Positions 30,475 to 39,035 are shown, numbered from the stretch's first letter. The stretch is 39,035 nucleotides of DNA from a bacterium (GCA_024692805.1 JAILMD010000063.1:1-39035); one strand, 5' to 3'. Translations and numbers: made by a program. Notes: generated by a model from the letters alone, not told the origin.

Positions 30475-31368
30475 TTATTCATAAGGGCGATCTTCATTGC
30501 TTATAAACGCATAAGCAACGGCGCCAGGCCCAACATGAGCGCCAATAATTGGCCCCATAATATAAACCTCGGCTTCAACGCCATATTTCTCCTTTAACAT
30601 ATCTCTTAACTTTAAGGCAAGAGGCTCGTTATCAGTATGAACAATTCCGATATATGGGAAATCTTTATTTAAAGTAAAGTTCCCAAAATCATTAACGATT
30701 GATTTAAGCGCTTTATTTAAGCCAATCTCCTTCCTGCAAACTTTAAGTTTTCCGTCACGGCCAAACTCAATAATTGGTTTAACTTGCAATAATGAGCCAA
30801 TATTAGCGGCAGCTTTACTAATTCTTCCGCCACGCGCTAAAAACTTAAGGTCGTTAGCCAAAATGAAGTGTTGAATATGATGTTTAATATTGTTTAAAAC
30901 CTCAACTGCTTCTTCTTTTGTTTTTCCTTCGTCACGCATTTTTATTGCTGCTTTAACAACAAAACCTTCACCACGCGTTGTTGTGTCACTTTCAATAGCA
31001 ACATAATCAATATCAGGAAATTCTTTTTTAACAATTTCTATTGCGGCATTGGCGTTGTCAACAGTTGGGCTTAAGCCATAACCTTGAGAAATGTGAAGAA
31101 GTTGTTTAACGCCGGCTTTAGCAAGTTTTGTAAACATATCAACGTGCGCCTGAACGTTTAATATTGAGGTTTTAGCAATTGAACCATTTCTTAACCTATT
31201 ATAGAAATCAACACATTGCTCATATCTTGTATAGTTGTCATATTCGATTTCTAATTTGTCGCCCGTTGTTATGTTATATTCAAGTGGCGCAAAAGAAACG
31301 TCATATTTAACGTATTCATCGGCATAAAAATCGCAGGTGCTGTCTGTTGAAATTTCAAATTTTCTCAT
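30475..31368 (-). CDS. DegV/FakB fatty-acid-binding protein
   Basis: TDSTCDF, AKTS, LARGGRI, VKPII, IIGAHVGPG. Confidence 0.92.
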   Translation of the reverse strand: MRKFEISTDSTCDFYADEYVKYDVSFAPLEYNITTGDKLEIEYDNYTRYEQCVDFYNRLRNGSIAKTSILNVQAHVDMFTKLAKAGVKQLLHISQGYGLSPTVDNANAAIEIVKKEFPDIDYVAIESDTTTRGEGFVVKAAIKMRDEGKTKEEAVEVLNNIKHHIQHFILANDLKFLARGGRISKAAANIGSLLQVKPIIEFGRDGKLKVCRKEIGLNKALKSIVNDFGNFTLNKDFPYIGIVHTDNEPLALKLRDMLKEKYGVEAEVYIMGPIIGAHVGPGAVAYAFISNEDRPYE

Positions 31369-31378
31369 AAGTTTCTCC

Positions 31379-31981
31379 TTATTCAGCCTTATTTTCCTCG
31401 GCGGCTAACCTTTCTTCATTTCTTAATAATCTTTTATAGCCCGCAACAAGTTTAGGGCGAGTATATCTTTGAACGATTATTGGCATAATTTGTAAAAAAA
31501 TGTTAACAATCATAACAGGAAGCGAAATATAAAGCAAATATCTTAGTGGCATTATAACCAAAATTAGTGGCGCAACAAAAATTGTTATTAAATGCATAAG
31601 TTCGGCAAGCGCAGTTTCGTGAATAAAAGTTAACATATATTCACTGTTAGGGTTTTCAGGAACTTTTGTTTTATCAAAGAATTTAAGCGTTTTGCCAAGT
31701 TCTGGGATCTTATCTTTAAACTTTCTAACGCCGATCTTTTCGTAAAAAGTTCGCTCGCCTTTTCTTTCGTTAAAAAACTTTGAAAAAGGATTAACTTTTT
31801 TGCTAATTAGCCTTATAAACAATGCGCAAAAAGCATCTAAAACCATTGAAACGGCAATTCCAAGAACGGCCAGCCCGATAACGCCCCAAACCGTTGTTCC
31901 CATTGCTTGCAAGAAGAAAAGACTATCAACCAAGGTTACAATAATAACTGCTATTAAAATTATTAAACCATATAAAAGCAT
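31379..31981 (-). CDS. CrtO-like membrane acyltransferase family protein
   Basis: FYEKIGVRKFKDKIP, ET..AE..H and IIVQRYTRPKL resemble CrtO family motifs. Confidence 0.65.
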   Translation of the reverse strand: MLLYGLIILIAVIIVTLVDSLFFLQAMGTTVWGVIGLAVLGIAVSMVLDAFCALFIRLISKKVNPFSKFFNERKGERTFYEKIGVRKFKDKIPELGKTLKFFDKTKVPENPNSEYMLTFIHETALAELMHLITIFVAPLILVIMPLRYLLYISLPVMIVNIFLQIMPIIVQRYTRPKLVAGYKRLLRNEERLAAEENKAE

Positions 31982-32078
31982 AAGTGCTCCCTTTTTCTAA
32001 TGTTTAATTTAAAGCACTGTTATTTTATCATAATTTAGTTTTTTGGGCAAACAAAATTGTCTTTTTATGGTTATTCGT

Positions 32079-32107
32079 TTGCTAAAAAATTTTAAGAGGT
32101 TTATAAT
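32079..32107 (+). promoter_or_regulatory. sigma-A promoter of third degV
   Basis: TTGCTA, 17 bp, TATAAT. Confidence 0.7.
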
Positions 32108-32197
32108 AATAGTGGTTTAGTTAATTGTTGCTCTCTAGCGAGGGCAGTGTTTTTTGGACTTCTTTAACTAAATTTATTATCATCTTGGAGGAAAATT

Positions 32198-33034
32198 ATG
32201 AAAATTGCAGTTTCAGCTGAAAGCACGGTTGACCTAACAAAGGAACTAGCAGAAAAATTTGATATTAGTATTATCCCTTACCCTGTTATTATGGGTGACA
32301 AGGAATATCTTGACGGCGAAATAACCAGCAAAGACATTTTTGACTTTGTTGCTAAAACAAATATTTTGCCAAAAACCAGCGCTATTAACGAAGAAACTTA
32401 TGAAGACTATTTTAAAGGTCTTTTGAAAAACTATGACGCCGTTATTCACGTTTGTCTTTCAAGTAAAATTAGTTCATCAATTAAAAACGCAACTAATGCG
32501 GCTAAAAAATTAAAAAATGTTTATATCGTTGACTCTGAGTCACTTTCAACAGGTATTGCCCTTCTCTGCATCAAAGCAAGAGAAATGGCAGAAAAAAATA
32601 TTGAGCCTCAAATTATTGCAACAACACTTAGCGAACTTAGCAATAAAGTTCAAGCAAGTTTTGTTTTAGAGAAATTAAAATATCTCGCTAAGGGCGGAAG
32701 GTGCAGTTCAATCTTAGCCTTTGGCGCTAATCTTCTTTCAATAAGACCTCAAATTGTTTTAAATGATGGCAAGATGGGCGTTGGCAAAAAATATCTTGGC
32801 AAATTTGATAAATGCGTTTGCAAATATATTGATGACACGCTCGCTCAAAACACAAACCCTGACCTTGATCACGCTTTTATTACTTACACAACTTCAAACG
32901 ATATTCAAGTTAATTACGCAAAAGAAGCGCTTAAAAAAGCCGGTTTTGTTAATATTTATGAAACAGAAGCTCACGCAACAATAACAAGCCATTGCGGGCC
33001 AAATACCATAGGAATTTTATTTATAAACAAATAA
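32198..33034 (+). CDS. DegV/FakB fatty-acid-binding protein
   Basis: ESTVDL, PKTSA, LSSKISS, LAKGGR, ITSHCGP; GGAGG RBS. Confidence 0.92.
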   Translation: MKIAVSAESTVDLTKELAEKFDISIIPYPVIMGDKEYLDGEITSKDIFDFVAKTNILPKTSAINEETYEDYFKGLLKNYDAVIHVCLSSKISSSIKNATNAAKKLKNVYIVDSESLSTGIALLCIKAREMAEKNIEPQIIATTLSELSNKVQASFVLEKLKYLAKGGRCSSILAFGANLLSIRPQIVLNDGKMGVGKKYLGKFDKCVCKYIDDTLAQNTNPDLDHAFITYTTSNDIQVNYAKEALKKAGFVNIYETEAHATITSHCGPNTIGILFINK

Positions 33035-33081
33035 AAATGCGCTTTTTGATTTAAAATCAATATTAAATTAAAACTAAAAAT

Positions 33082-33114
33082 AAAAAAACTTGCAAATTTG
33101 CAAGTTTTTCTTTT
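33082..33114. terminator. bidirectional terminator
   Basis: AAAAACTTGCAA/TTGCAAGTTTTT. Confidence 0.75.
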
Positions 33115-33116
33115 AT

Positions 33117-33899
33117 TTATAATGCTTTTTCTTCATCTTGGTAACTTTGAAGAACGAAGTTTTCGTTATTGTTATATTTTAATTCGCCACCAAGTCTATT
33201 CTTATCTGGGGTTTTGCCATAGTTGTCATATTTAGAGAAGTCATAATTAGAACAAAACTCAACAAAATAATTTTTATCAGGCCCACTTAAAATTGCCTCA
33301 ACAAGAAAACCTCTTAAATCAGTTAACTCATTTTCATCATAAACGTTCTTCTCATTATATTTATAACGATAATGTTTAACTTTGCTATCGTAATCTGCTG
33401 AGCGCATTAAAGTTATCTTAATTTTATCATAAACCTCTTTAGGATAATAGAAAGTTGTTTTATATTTACCATCTAAAGAATAAACAACGCTATAATAATC
33501 GGCTCCATCTTTAGTTGTTGTGTAATCTTTAAAATCCCAAGTTCCTCTGTTTAAATCGCCATTATTTGTAACGAAAATTCCAGCATCTGGGTTTGAATCA
33601 CTTAACTTTTGGCAGATAAATAATTGTAAGTCATTTAACAACTTTTTATCTAACTCAGCATATTCTGGGCTAAAATAAAGAACATATGGCTTGCCATATT
33701 CAACTTCTTGGGGTATTTCTGGTTCGGTTGTGCTAGTTGTTTCGGTTGTTTTACCATTATTTGTTGAAGTTGTTTCATTAGTTATTCCAGGTTGACAGGC
33801 AGTTAGCGCAGTTGCTATAACAACAGTTGTTAAACCTAAAGCGATTGCATTTCTAATGTTTTCTAAAGTATTTTTATTTGTTCTTTTATATCTTTTCAT
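33117..33899 (-). CDS. hypothetical lipoprotein with Thr-rich linker
   Basis: Lipobox LTAC, then TTSTNN/TTETTSTT linker; GAGG RBS before ATG 33899. Confidence 0.7.
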   Translation of the reverse strand: MKRYKRTNKNTLENIRNAIALGLTTVVIATALTACQPGITNETTSTNNGKTTETTSTTEPEIPQEVEYGKPYVLYFSPEYAELDKKLLNDLQLFICQKLSDSNPDAGIFVTNNGDLNRGTWDFKDYTTTKDGADYYSVVYSLDGKYKTTFYYPKEVYDKIKITLMRSADYDSKVKHYRYKYNEKNVYDENELTDLRGFLVEAILSGPDKNYFVEFCSNYDFSKYDNYGKTPDKNRLGGELKYNNNENFVLQSYQDEEKAL

Positions 33900-33907
33900 A
33901 TAAAAAA

Positions 33908-33947
33908 CCTCTAATGAAATTATATCATTAGAGGCCCAATTTGTCAA
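33908..33947 (-). promoter_or_regulatory. consensus promoter with overlapping inverted-repeat operator
   Basis: Minus strand TTGACA-17-TATAAT; CCTCTAATGA/TCATTAGAGG repeat straddles the -10. Confidence 0.7.
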
Positions 33948-33965
33948 TAGTCACTTGTTTTAATC

Positions 33966-34496
33966 TTATAAATTAACAATTAAACTATATAAATCGTTCA
34001 TTTGGTTAGAAATATTATCATCATCTCTCAACACATTAAAACTAATCTTCTCTTGTGAGTTTTCATTTTCAACAATTTCAGCAATAGTGTTAGTTAATGA
34101 ATCGGCTAAGATTTTAACATTATTAAACCCATTGCTTTCATCAGGAATTAAACCTGCTTTAAACTTACCATTATTAACAAAAGACGTAAAGCACTCATAA
34201 CTATCAAAATTCCCAAGAACTTCAATAAAATTATCTAAACTTAAAATTAACAAATCTCTTTCGCTTAAAACTTGCTGATTATTAGAACTATTTTCTTCCG
34301 ATATGTTATTTTGCTCAACAGCGTTGTTCTCATCAGGCTCGTTTTGAATATTTTGCTCAACACTTTCTGTTTGAATATTATTCTCTAAAATATTAGCACT
34401 AGTTTTATTAACAGGGCTGTTAAAAATTGCTGGCGTAAACATTTGGCCAACAACTAAAGCAACAAATAATGTAAAACATAATGCTATTTTCTTCAC
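33966..34496 (-). CDS. hypothetical secreted protein, N/E/Q-rich
   Basis: N-terminal signal/anchor helix; GTG start 6 nt after TTGCAA-17-TATAAT. Confidence 0.6.
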   Translation of the reverse strand: MKKIALCFTLFVALVVGQMFTPAIFNSPVNKTSANILENNIQTESVEQNIQNEPDENNAVEQNNISEENSSNNQQVLSERDLLILSLDNFIEVLGNFDSYECFTSFVNNGKFKAGLIPDESNGFNNVKILADSLTNTIAEIVENENSQEKISFNVLRDDDNISNQMNDLYSLIVNL

Positions 34497-34555
34497 AAAA
34501 TTATTATATCGAAAGTTGTCGAAATTTGCAATGTTTTTAATAAATAATCGCCAAT

Positions 34556-34584
34556 AAAAAAGATAGCTCTCGCTATCTTTTATT
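34556..34584 (-). terminator. terminator after aspS
   Basis: AAAAGATAGC-TCTC-GCTATCTTTT. Confidence 0.75.
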
Positions 34585-34585
34585 A

Positions 34586-35884
34586 TTAAGGAGTTAACCT
34601 ATCTGGCCCTCTGAACAAGAATTGAGCTTCTTTAATTGGAATATTTAAAAGAATCATTGTTAACCTATCAACACCGATTGCAAATCCGCCGTGAGCAGGC
34701 ATTCCATATTTAAAGAATTCAAGATAAAATTCAACATCTTTAGTTAAGCCTTTCTCTTTTGCATTTTTTGCTAGTTCATTAAGCCTATGCTCTCTTTGCG
34801 CTCCGCTTGTTATTTCAATTCCTTTCCAAATAAGGTCATAGCCTTGAAGGTGTCCGTTTTGCCTCATATGATAGAAGGCTCGTTTATCTGCTGGGAAGTC
34901 TGTAACAAAAAGGAATTCGTGATTAAACTTATCTTTAGCAAGCCTTTCGCAAAGCCTTTCAGCCTCAGTTGTTAAATCTGTTTTTTCACTATCTTCAACT
35001 TTAAACCCATATCTCTTTTCTAATTCGTCATAAATATCAGCAAGTCTCATCATTGGGAATGGTAATGTTGGAACATTTAATGTTATTCCATAAAGATCTT
35101 CAAGTTTTTGGCCATATTTTTCTTTCGTTTTCTTCAAAGCATAAGTAAGCATTTCTGCTTCAAGATTCATAACGTCTTCATAAGAATCAATAAAACTTAT
35201 TTCAACATCAAAACTAGTAAACTCTGTTGCGTGTTTTCTAGTCCTGCTCTTTTCTGCTCTAAAGCAAGGCGCAACTTCAAAATATTTTTCAAAACCCGCA
35301 GCCATTGCCATTTGTTTATAAAATTGTGGGCTTTGAGCAAGATAAGCCTTACCATCAAAATATTTAACTTCAAAAACTTCACTTCCACTTTCACTAGCTG
35401 TTGCTATAAACTTAGGAGTGTGGATTTCAACAAAGTCATTATCTAACAAATAACTTCTCATTGCATTAACAAAATAACTTTGAACTTTAAAAATAAGTTG
35501 GTTTTTCTCGCTTCTAAGGTCAACCCATCTATAATTAAGCCTTGAATCAATATTAGCCTCATTATCAATTGGCATTGGGTTAGCAATAGTTACAATTTCA
35601 ATCTTAGATGGAATAAACTCTTTACCACCATTTTTAACATTTGGGTTAACTTTCATAACCCCTTCAAACGAAACAACACTTCCTTGGGTTAGTTTTAAAG
35701 CATCTTCAATTAGGTTAGCATTTAACTCTTTATCTAAAGAAACTTGAATGAAAGCGCTAGTGTCTCTAAGCATAACAAAAACCATATACCTAGTGTCTCT
35801 AACCTTATCAACAAACCCAGAAATTTTTGAAACTTTATTCTCTTTCAAACTATCAATTAAACTTCTTTTCATTGTTTTCTCCAT
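34586..35884 (-). CDS. aspS: aspartyl-tRNA synthetase, short archaeal/eukaryote type
   Basis: OB fold, YLAQSPQFYKQ, FRAE, EITSGAQR, HGGFAIGVDR; 432 aa, no GAD insertion. Confidence 0.9.
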   Translation of the reverse strand: MEKTMKRSLIDSLKENKVSKISGFVDKVRDTRYMVFVMLRDTSAFIQVSLDKELNANLIEDALKLTQGSVVSFEGVMKVNPNVKNGGKEFIPSKIEIVTIANPMPIDNEANIDSRLNYRWVDLRSEKNQLIFKVQSYFVNAMRSYLLDNDFVEIHTPKFIATASESGSEVFEVKYFDGKAYLAQSPQFYKQMAMAAGFEKYFEVAPCFRAEKSRTRKHATEFTSFDVEISFIDSYEDVMNLEAEMLTYALKKTKEKYGQKLEDLYGITLNVPTLPFPMMRLADIYDELEKRYGFKVEDSEKTDLTTEAERLCERLAKDKFNHEFLFVTDFPADKRAFYHMRQNGHLQGYDLIWKGIEITSGAQREHRLNELAKNAKEKGLTKDVEFYLEFFKYGMPAHGGFAIGVDRLTMILLNIPIKEAQFLFRGPDRLTP

Positions 35885-35919
35885 AAATTATATTTTAAAC
35901 AAAATTAACTTTGAGTCAA

Positions 35920-36483
35920 TTAAATATTAGGTTCGTCTAACCCTTCTGCTATAATTGCGTCAGCAACTTTCATCTTTAAAGTGTCAAACATTACCCAAAC
36001 AGCCTTCTTTGCCCTGCGCTTATAATCGCTGTTTCTTCTATCACAATCGCAGTCTTCAATTTTATAGAAAGTGTTTTTTAACATAATTCTAGTTTCATCG
36101 CTCTCAACCCTGTTAATTTTAAAACTAAGGTTGCCATTATCTAATTTTGTTACCTTTAAAGTGTTTTTGCTATCATCACCCATAATAACTGGGTTTGTAA
36201 CAGGAATTCTTTTGTTTTTATAAATTATATCTTCATAAGCAAGGCTAACCAATGAATCATAAACAGCACAATCTTGATCAATAATCATTTCATCGCCTAA
36301 AGCATCAACGGCTATATTTAAATCATCTAAAAGCGTAAAAGAAAGACTCTTTTCTGTTTGTTTATCAGTTATCAAAATGTGAATCAAATCGTTACCAATT
36401 CTGCCACTATTTTTACTTATTTGCCTTGTTCCAAAATCATATTCATATTTATCATCAGAAAAGAAAGCATTTGCGTTTAACAT
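35920..36483 (-). CDS. hypothetical protein
   Basis: 187-aa ORF with AAGGAG RBS; no recognised motif. Confidence 0.65.
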   Translation of the reverse strand: MLNANAFFSDDKYEYDFGTRQISKNSGRIGNDLIHILITDKQTEKSLSFTLLDDLNIAVDALGDEMIIDQDCAVYDSLVSLAYEDIIYKNKRIPVTNPVIMGDDSKNTLKVTKLDNGNLSFKINRVESDETRIMLKNTFYKIEDCDCDRRNSDYKRRAKKAVWVMFDTLKMKVADAIIAEGLDEPNI

Positions 36484-36552
36484 AAAAATTTTCTCCTTAA
36501 ATATATTTTACTTATTTTAAAGATAATTTCAATATTTAAGATAATATAAAAT

Positions 36553-36578
36553 AAAAAAGATGACTAAATAGTCATCTT
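36553..36578 (-). terminator. terminator after alcohol dehydrogenase
   Basis: AAGATGACTA/TAGTCATCTT with T run on minus strand. Confidence 0.7.
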
Positions 36579-37746
36579 AAAAAATTTCTTTTAAAATCTC
36601 CATAACGTCTTCACGGGTCAAGATCTTGTTATTTGTTACGCTTGCCCCATCATTCATCGCCTTTTCACAAATTAAATCAAGTTCTTTTTCAGTTGCGCCA
36701 TAGTCAGTTAATTTTAATTCTATTCCGGTTTTTTCTTGAACTTTTGTTATTAATTCTTCAAGTTTATCAATAAACGTTGTTGCCCTCTCATTTGGCTTTG
36801 TGTAAGCAAAAGTGTCCTCATTTGTTAAATATAATAAAAGATTAGAATATTCAACGTGGTTAACGTCTTTATTAAACCTAAGGCAAGGAACAATTAGCAT
36901 CATCATTGCAACGCCGTGAGGAACGTTTAAAACTGCCCCAAGCGCGTGGCCAATGGCGTGAACAATTCCAACCATTGAATTAGAAAAAGCAAGCCCCGCC
37001 ATATTGCTGGCTAAAAGCAAATTAGATTTTGCAACATTATCGCCATCGAGCGCATCTAGTAAGTTCCCTGCAATTAATTTTACTGCCCCAAGCGCATAAA
37101 CATCACTAATTGGATTTTTTTGAAGGCTTGAATAGGCTTCAACTGAATGAGTTAAAGCATCAATAGCAGTTGAAACTAAAAGTTTAGCAGGTAAATTTTG
37201 TGTCATCTTTAAATCTAAGAAGCAGCAATCAGGCAATAACTCACTTGAAATAAATTCAAGTTTTGTTTTTGTTTTAACGTCTTTAATAACAGCAACCGCA
37301 GTAACCTCGCTACCCGTTCCGCAAGTTGTTGGAACAACAATAAAGGCAACATTATTACCCTTCTTAACAATTTCGTTGCCAGAAAGCGTTATAATGTCTT
37401 CGCAGTTTTGAGATAAAACTAACTTAACTCCCTTAGCAGTGTCAATAACTGATCCCCCACCAACAGCAACAATACCATCACACTTATTGTTTCTATAAAG
37501 CCTTGCAATTTGATTAATAGTTAATGTTGAACTATCCGCTGGAATTTTAGTAAATTCTGTTTTAAACTTAACCGGTTTTACCGCTTTTTTAAAAACATCT
37601 AGCGTTCCGCAGGCAACTAAGCCTTCATCACTTAAAAGAAGTGGGTTCTTACAATTTAAAAAATCTAATTCATAAGCAAGGTTAGCAAGTGCGTTTTCCC
37701 CACAACAAACTTTAACCTGACCATTAAATTCAAAATAATTACTCAT
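36577..37746 (-). CDS. iron-containing alcohol dehydrogenase
   Basis: GGGSVIDTAK, PTTCGTGSE, DALTHSVE, HAIGH, PHG. Confidence 0.93.
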   Translation of the reverse strand: MSNYFEFNGQVKVCCGENALANLAYELDFLNCKNPLLLSDEGLVACGTLDVFKKAVKPVKFKTEFTKIPADSSTLTINQIARLYRNNKCDGIVAVGGGSVIDTAKGVKLVLSQNCEDIITLSGNEIVKKGNNVAFIVVPTTCGTGSEVTAVAVIKDVKTKTKLEFISSELLPDCCFLDLKMTQNLPAKLLVSTAIDALTHSVEAYSSLQKNPISDVYALGAVKLIAGNLLDALDGDNVAKSNLLLASNMAGLAFSNSMVGIVHAIGHALGAVLNVPHGVAMMMLIVPCLRFNKDVNHVEYSNLLLYLTNEDTFAYTKPNERATTFIDKLEELITKVQEKTGIELKLTDYGATEKELDLICEKAMNDGASVTNNKILTREDVMEILKEIF

Positions 37747-38417
37747 AAAACCTCCTCATTTTGTGATTTTTCTTCAATTTCTGTAACATTTTCAGCATTT
37801 TCTGCGTCAATTATTTCAATTTCTGCAGTTTTTTCTTTATTTTTATTAATTTCTTCTTTTGTTTCTTTCTTTTTCTGCAATTTTGTCTTTTTAACTTCTA
37901 TTTTATTGTTATTTTTATTATTTTCTTTGCTTTGAAGTTTATTAGCAGAACCAAAAAGAACAAACCAATAAAGTTTTATTGAAGCAAACTCTTTTGGCGT
38001 TTTAGGAAGAAACTTTTTAGTTATAACCCTAGGAAGAAGATACTTTTGCGCAATCTCAATTAGCCTAACAAGAATAATAGCAGTGTTAATATTTCCGCTT
38101 AATAAAATATCATGCCTGCAAAAACTTTCCCTAACACCAAACTTACCTAAAAGGCAGGCGCTAGCAGATTTTTTGTTTTTAAAAATGATTTTTATTTCTT
38201 CATTAAACTCCTCTTTATTTTTATTAGAAAAAGTTAGTCTGTTTTCTTTTTTATAAATTTCAAGCAACGTTTTACCACCAAAAATTTGCATGCTAACTTT
38301 TAAGTTAGTTGGCAATGAATAAAATTCTTTTTTTGCTAAACTTTCTTTTTCTTTTAAATAAACTAATGCTTTACCAAGCAATTTGCTTATTGTTTTTAAA
38401 ACAAAAAAACTTGCCAT
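37743..38417 (-). CDS. hypothetical protein, possibly SCP2-like lipid-binding fold, with charged tail
   Basis: Overlaps ADH start by 4 bp; GAGGAG RBS; fold guess from the IIFKN...LLG...LSGN pattern. Confidence 0.55.
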   Translation of the reverse strand: MASFFVLKTISKLLGKALVYLKEKESLAKKEFYSLPTNLKVSMQIFGGKTLLEIYKKENRLTFSNKNKEEFNEEIKIIFKNKKSASACLLGKFGVRESFCRHDILLSGNINTAIILVRLIEIAQKYLLPRVITKKFLPKTPKEFASIKLYWFVLFGSANKLQSKENNKNNNKIEVKKTKLQKKKETKEEINKNKEKTAEIEIIDAENAENVTEIEEKSQNEEVL

Positions 38418-38485
38418 TTTCTCTCCTCGTTTTATTATAACATAGCAACAATAAAACGCAAAAGAAATAGCAAGTTATTCGAAAA

Positions 38486-38587
38486 TTAATTAGATCCTAA
38501 TACATTCCCAACCTTATATGCAACGCTTGAAGAAAGAGTGTCGTTAACCTTTCCCCTTAATCCGTCAGTTCCAAAAAATAAACCCAT
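38486..38587 (-). pseudogene. glmM: 5' remnant of phosphoglucosamine mutase (33 codons)
   Basis: Translated by hand: MGLFFGTDGLRGKVNDTLSSSVAYKVGNVLGSN-stop; FGTDGxRG is the GlmM-family N-terminal motif; AAGGAG RBS. Confidence 0.75.
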
Positions 38588-38643
38588 AAAAACTCCTTAA
38601 ATTTTCTTAATTCATTTTATGAATAGCATTTTATTTTTGAAAT

Positions 38644-38674
38644 AAAAAAGTGTAGCCTTTGCTACACTTTTTTT
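38644..38674 (-). terminator. intrinsic terminator
   Basis: AAAAAAGTGTAGC-CTTT-GCTACACTTTTTT. Confidence 0.8.
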
Positions 38675-38690
38675 ATCATAGTTAAATATT

Positions 38691-39035
38691 TTAAAGTTCT
38701 TTTTCTTGTTCATTAAATGGCCATGACTCAACTATTGAATCAATTAGATCATTTCTGTTAAATGTAATTTGATCTCTATTTAAAACTTTTAATGGTTTAT
38801 GTAATGCATACGCAACACCCAAATCAAAAACGCTTCCCGTACTTGATTGATCATAATAAATATTTACTTCTTGTGATGATGCTACTGCCTCAGCATTTTG
38901 CCTGCAAATAGAATAGCCACCAAACAAATCAGTTTGCCTTGTGTGAAGATGTGGCGCATGAATTTGATAACCATTATTGTATTTTTCTTTAACAAAGTTT
39001 TCTATCCAGGTTTTTTGCTCTTGAGTTGCATTTCT
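38691..39035 (-). CDS. nucleoside 2-deoxyribosyltransferase-like protein (5' end outside window)
   Basis: Frame open to window edge (RNATQEQKTW...); STGSVFDLGVAYALHKP resembles the NDT S-x-G-x-x-x-E-x-G-x-A motif. Confidence 0.55.
   Translation of the reverse strand, partial: RNATQEQKTWIENFVKEKYNNGYQIHAPHLHTRQTDLFGGYSICRQNAEAVASSQEVNIYYDQSSTGSVFDLGVAYALHKPLKVLNRDQITFNRNDLIDSIVESWPFNEQEKEL

Noticed and set aside
30362-30475. tRNA as an integration site for an island carrying the fibre operon
   Set aside because: No integrase and no duplicated tRNA 3' end seen in the window
30358-30597. 79-aa plus-strand ORF
   Set aside because: Overlaps the tRNA-Thr gene and its terminator

Overview
A low-GC, gene-dense chromosomal segment from a Bacillota (probably Clostridia-like; lineage is inferred). 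The left and centre hold the conserved origin-region genes in a rearranged order: gyrA-gyrB-recF on the minus strand, then dnaA-dnaN-membrane gene-rpmH-rnpA-yidD-yidC-jag-mnmE-mnmG on the plus strand. The dnaA-dnaN block is therefore inverted relative to the canonical layout, and I see no canonical DnaA-box cluster. The most striking accessory locus (25.3-29.9 kb) is a five-gene minus-strand operon with two SipW-type signal peptidases and three TasA/CalY-like proteins, a candidate protein-fibre system. Its likely major subunit is bracketed by hairpin arrays. A convergent orphan promoter-terminator unit predicts an sRNA of about 145 nt with exact antisense matches to the translation starts of all three fibre genes. 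Other observations: a stand-alone GlmU acetyltransferase domain and a 33-codon glmM remnant share a sigmaE-like promoter motif; several genes appear leaderless; there are three DegV paralogs plus a CrtO-like acyltransferase; and there is a short archaeal-type AspRS and a tRNA-Thr(GGT). I found no mobile elements, CRISPR arrays or rRNA. All calls come from reading the sequence and motifs by eye; no searches were run.
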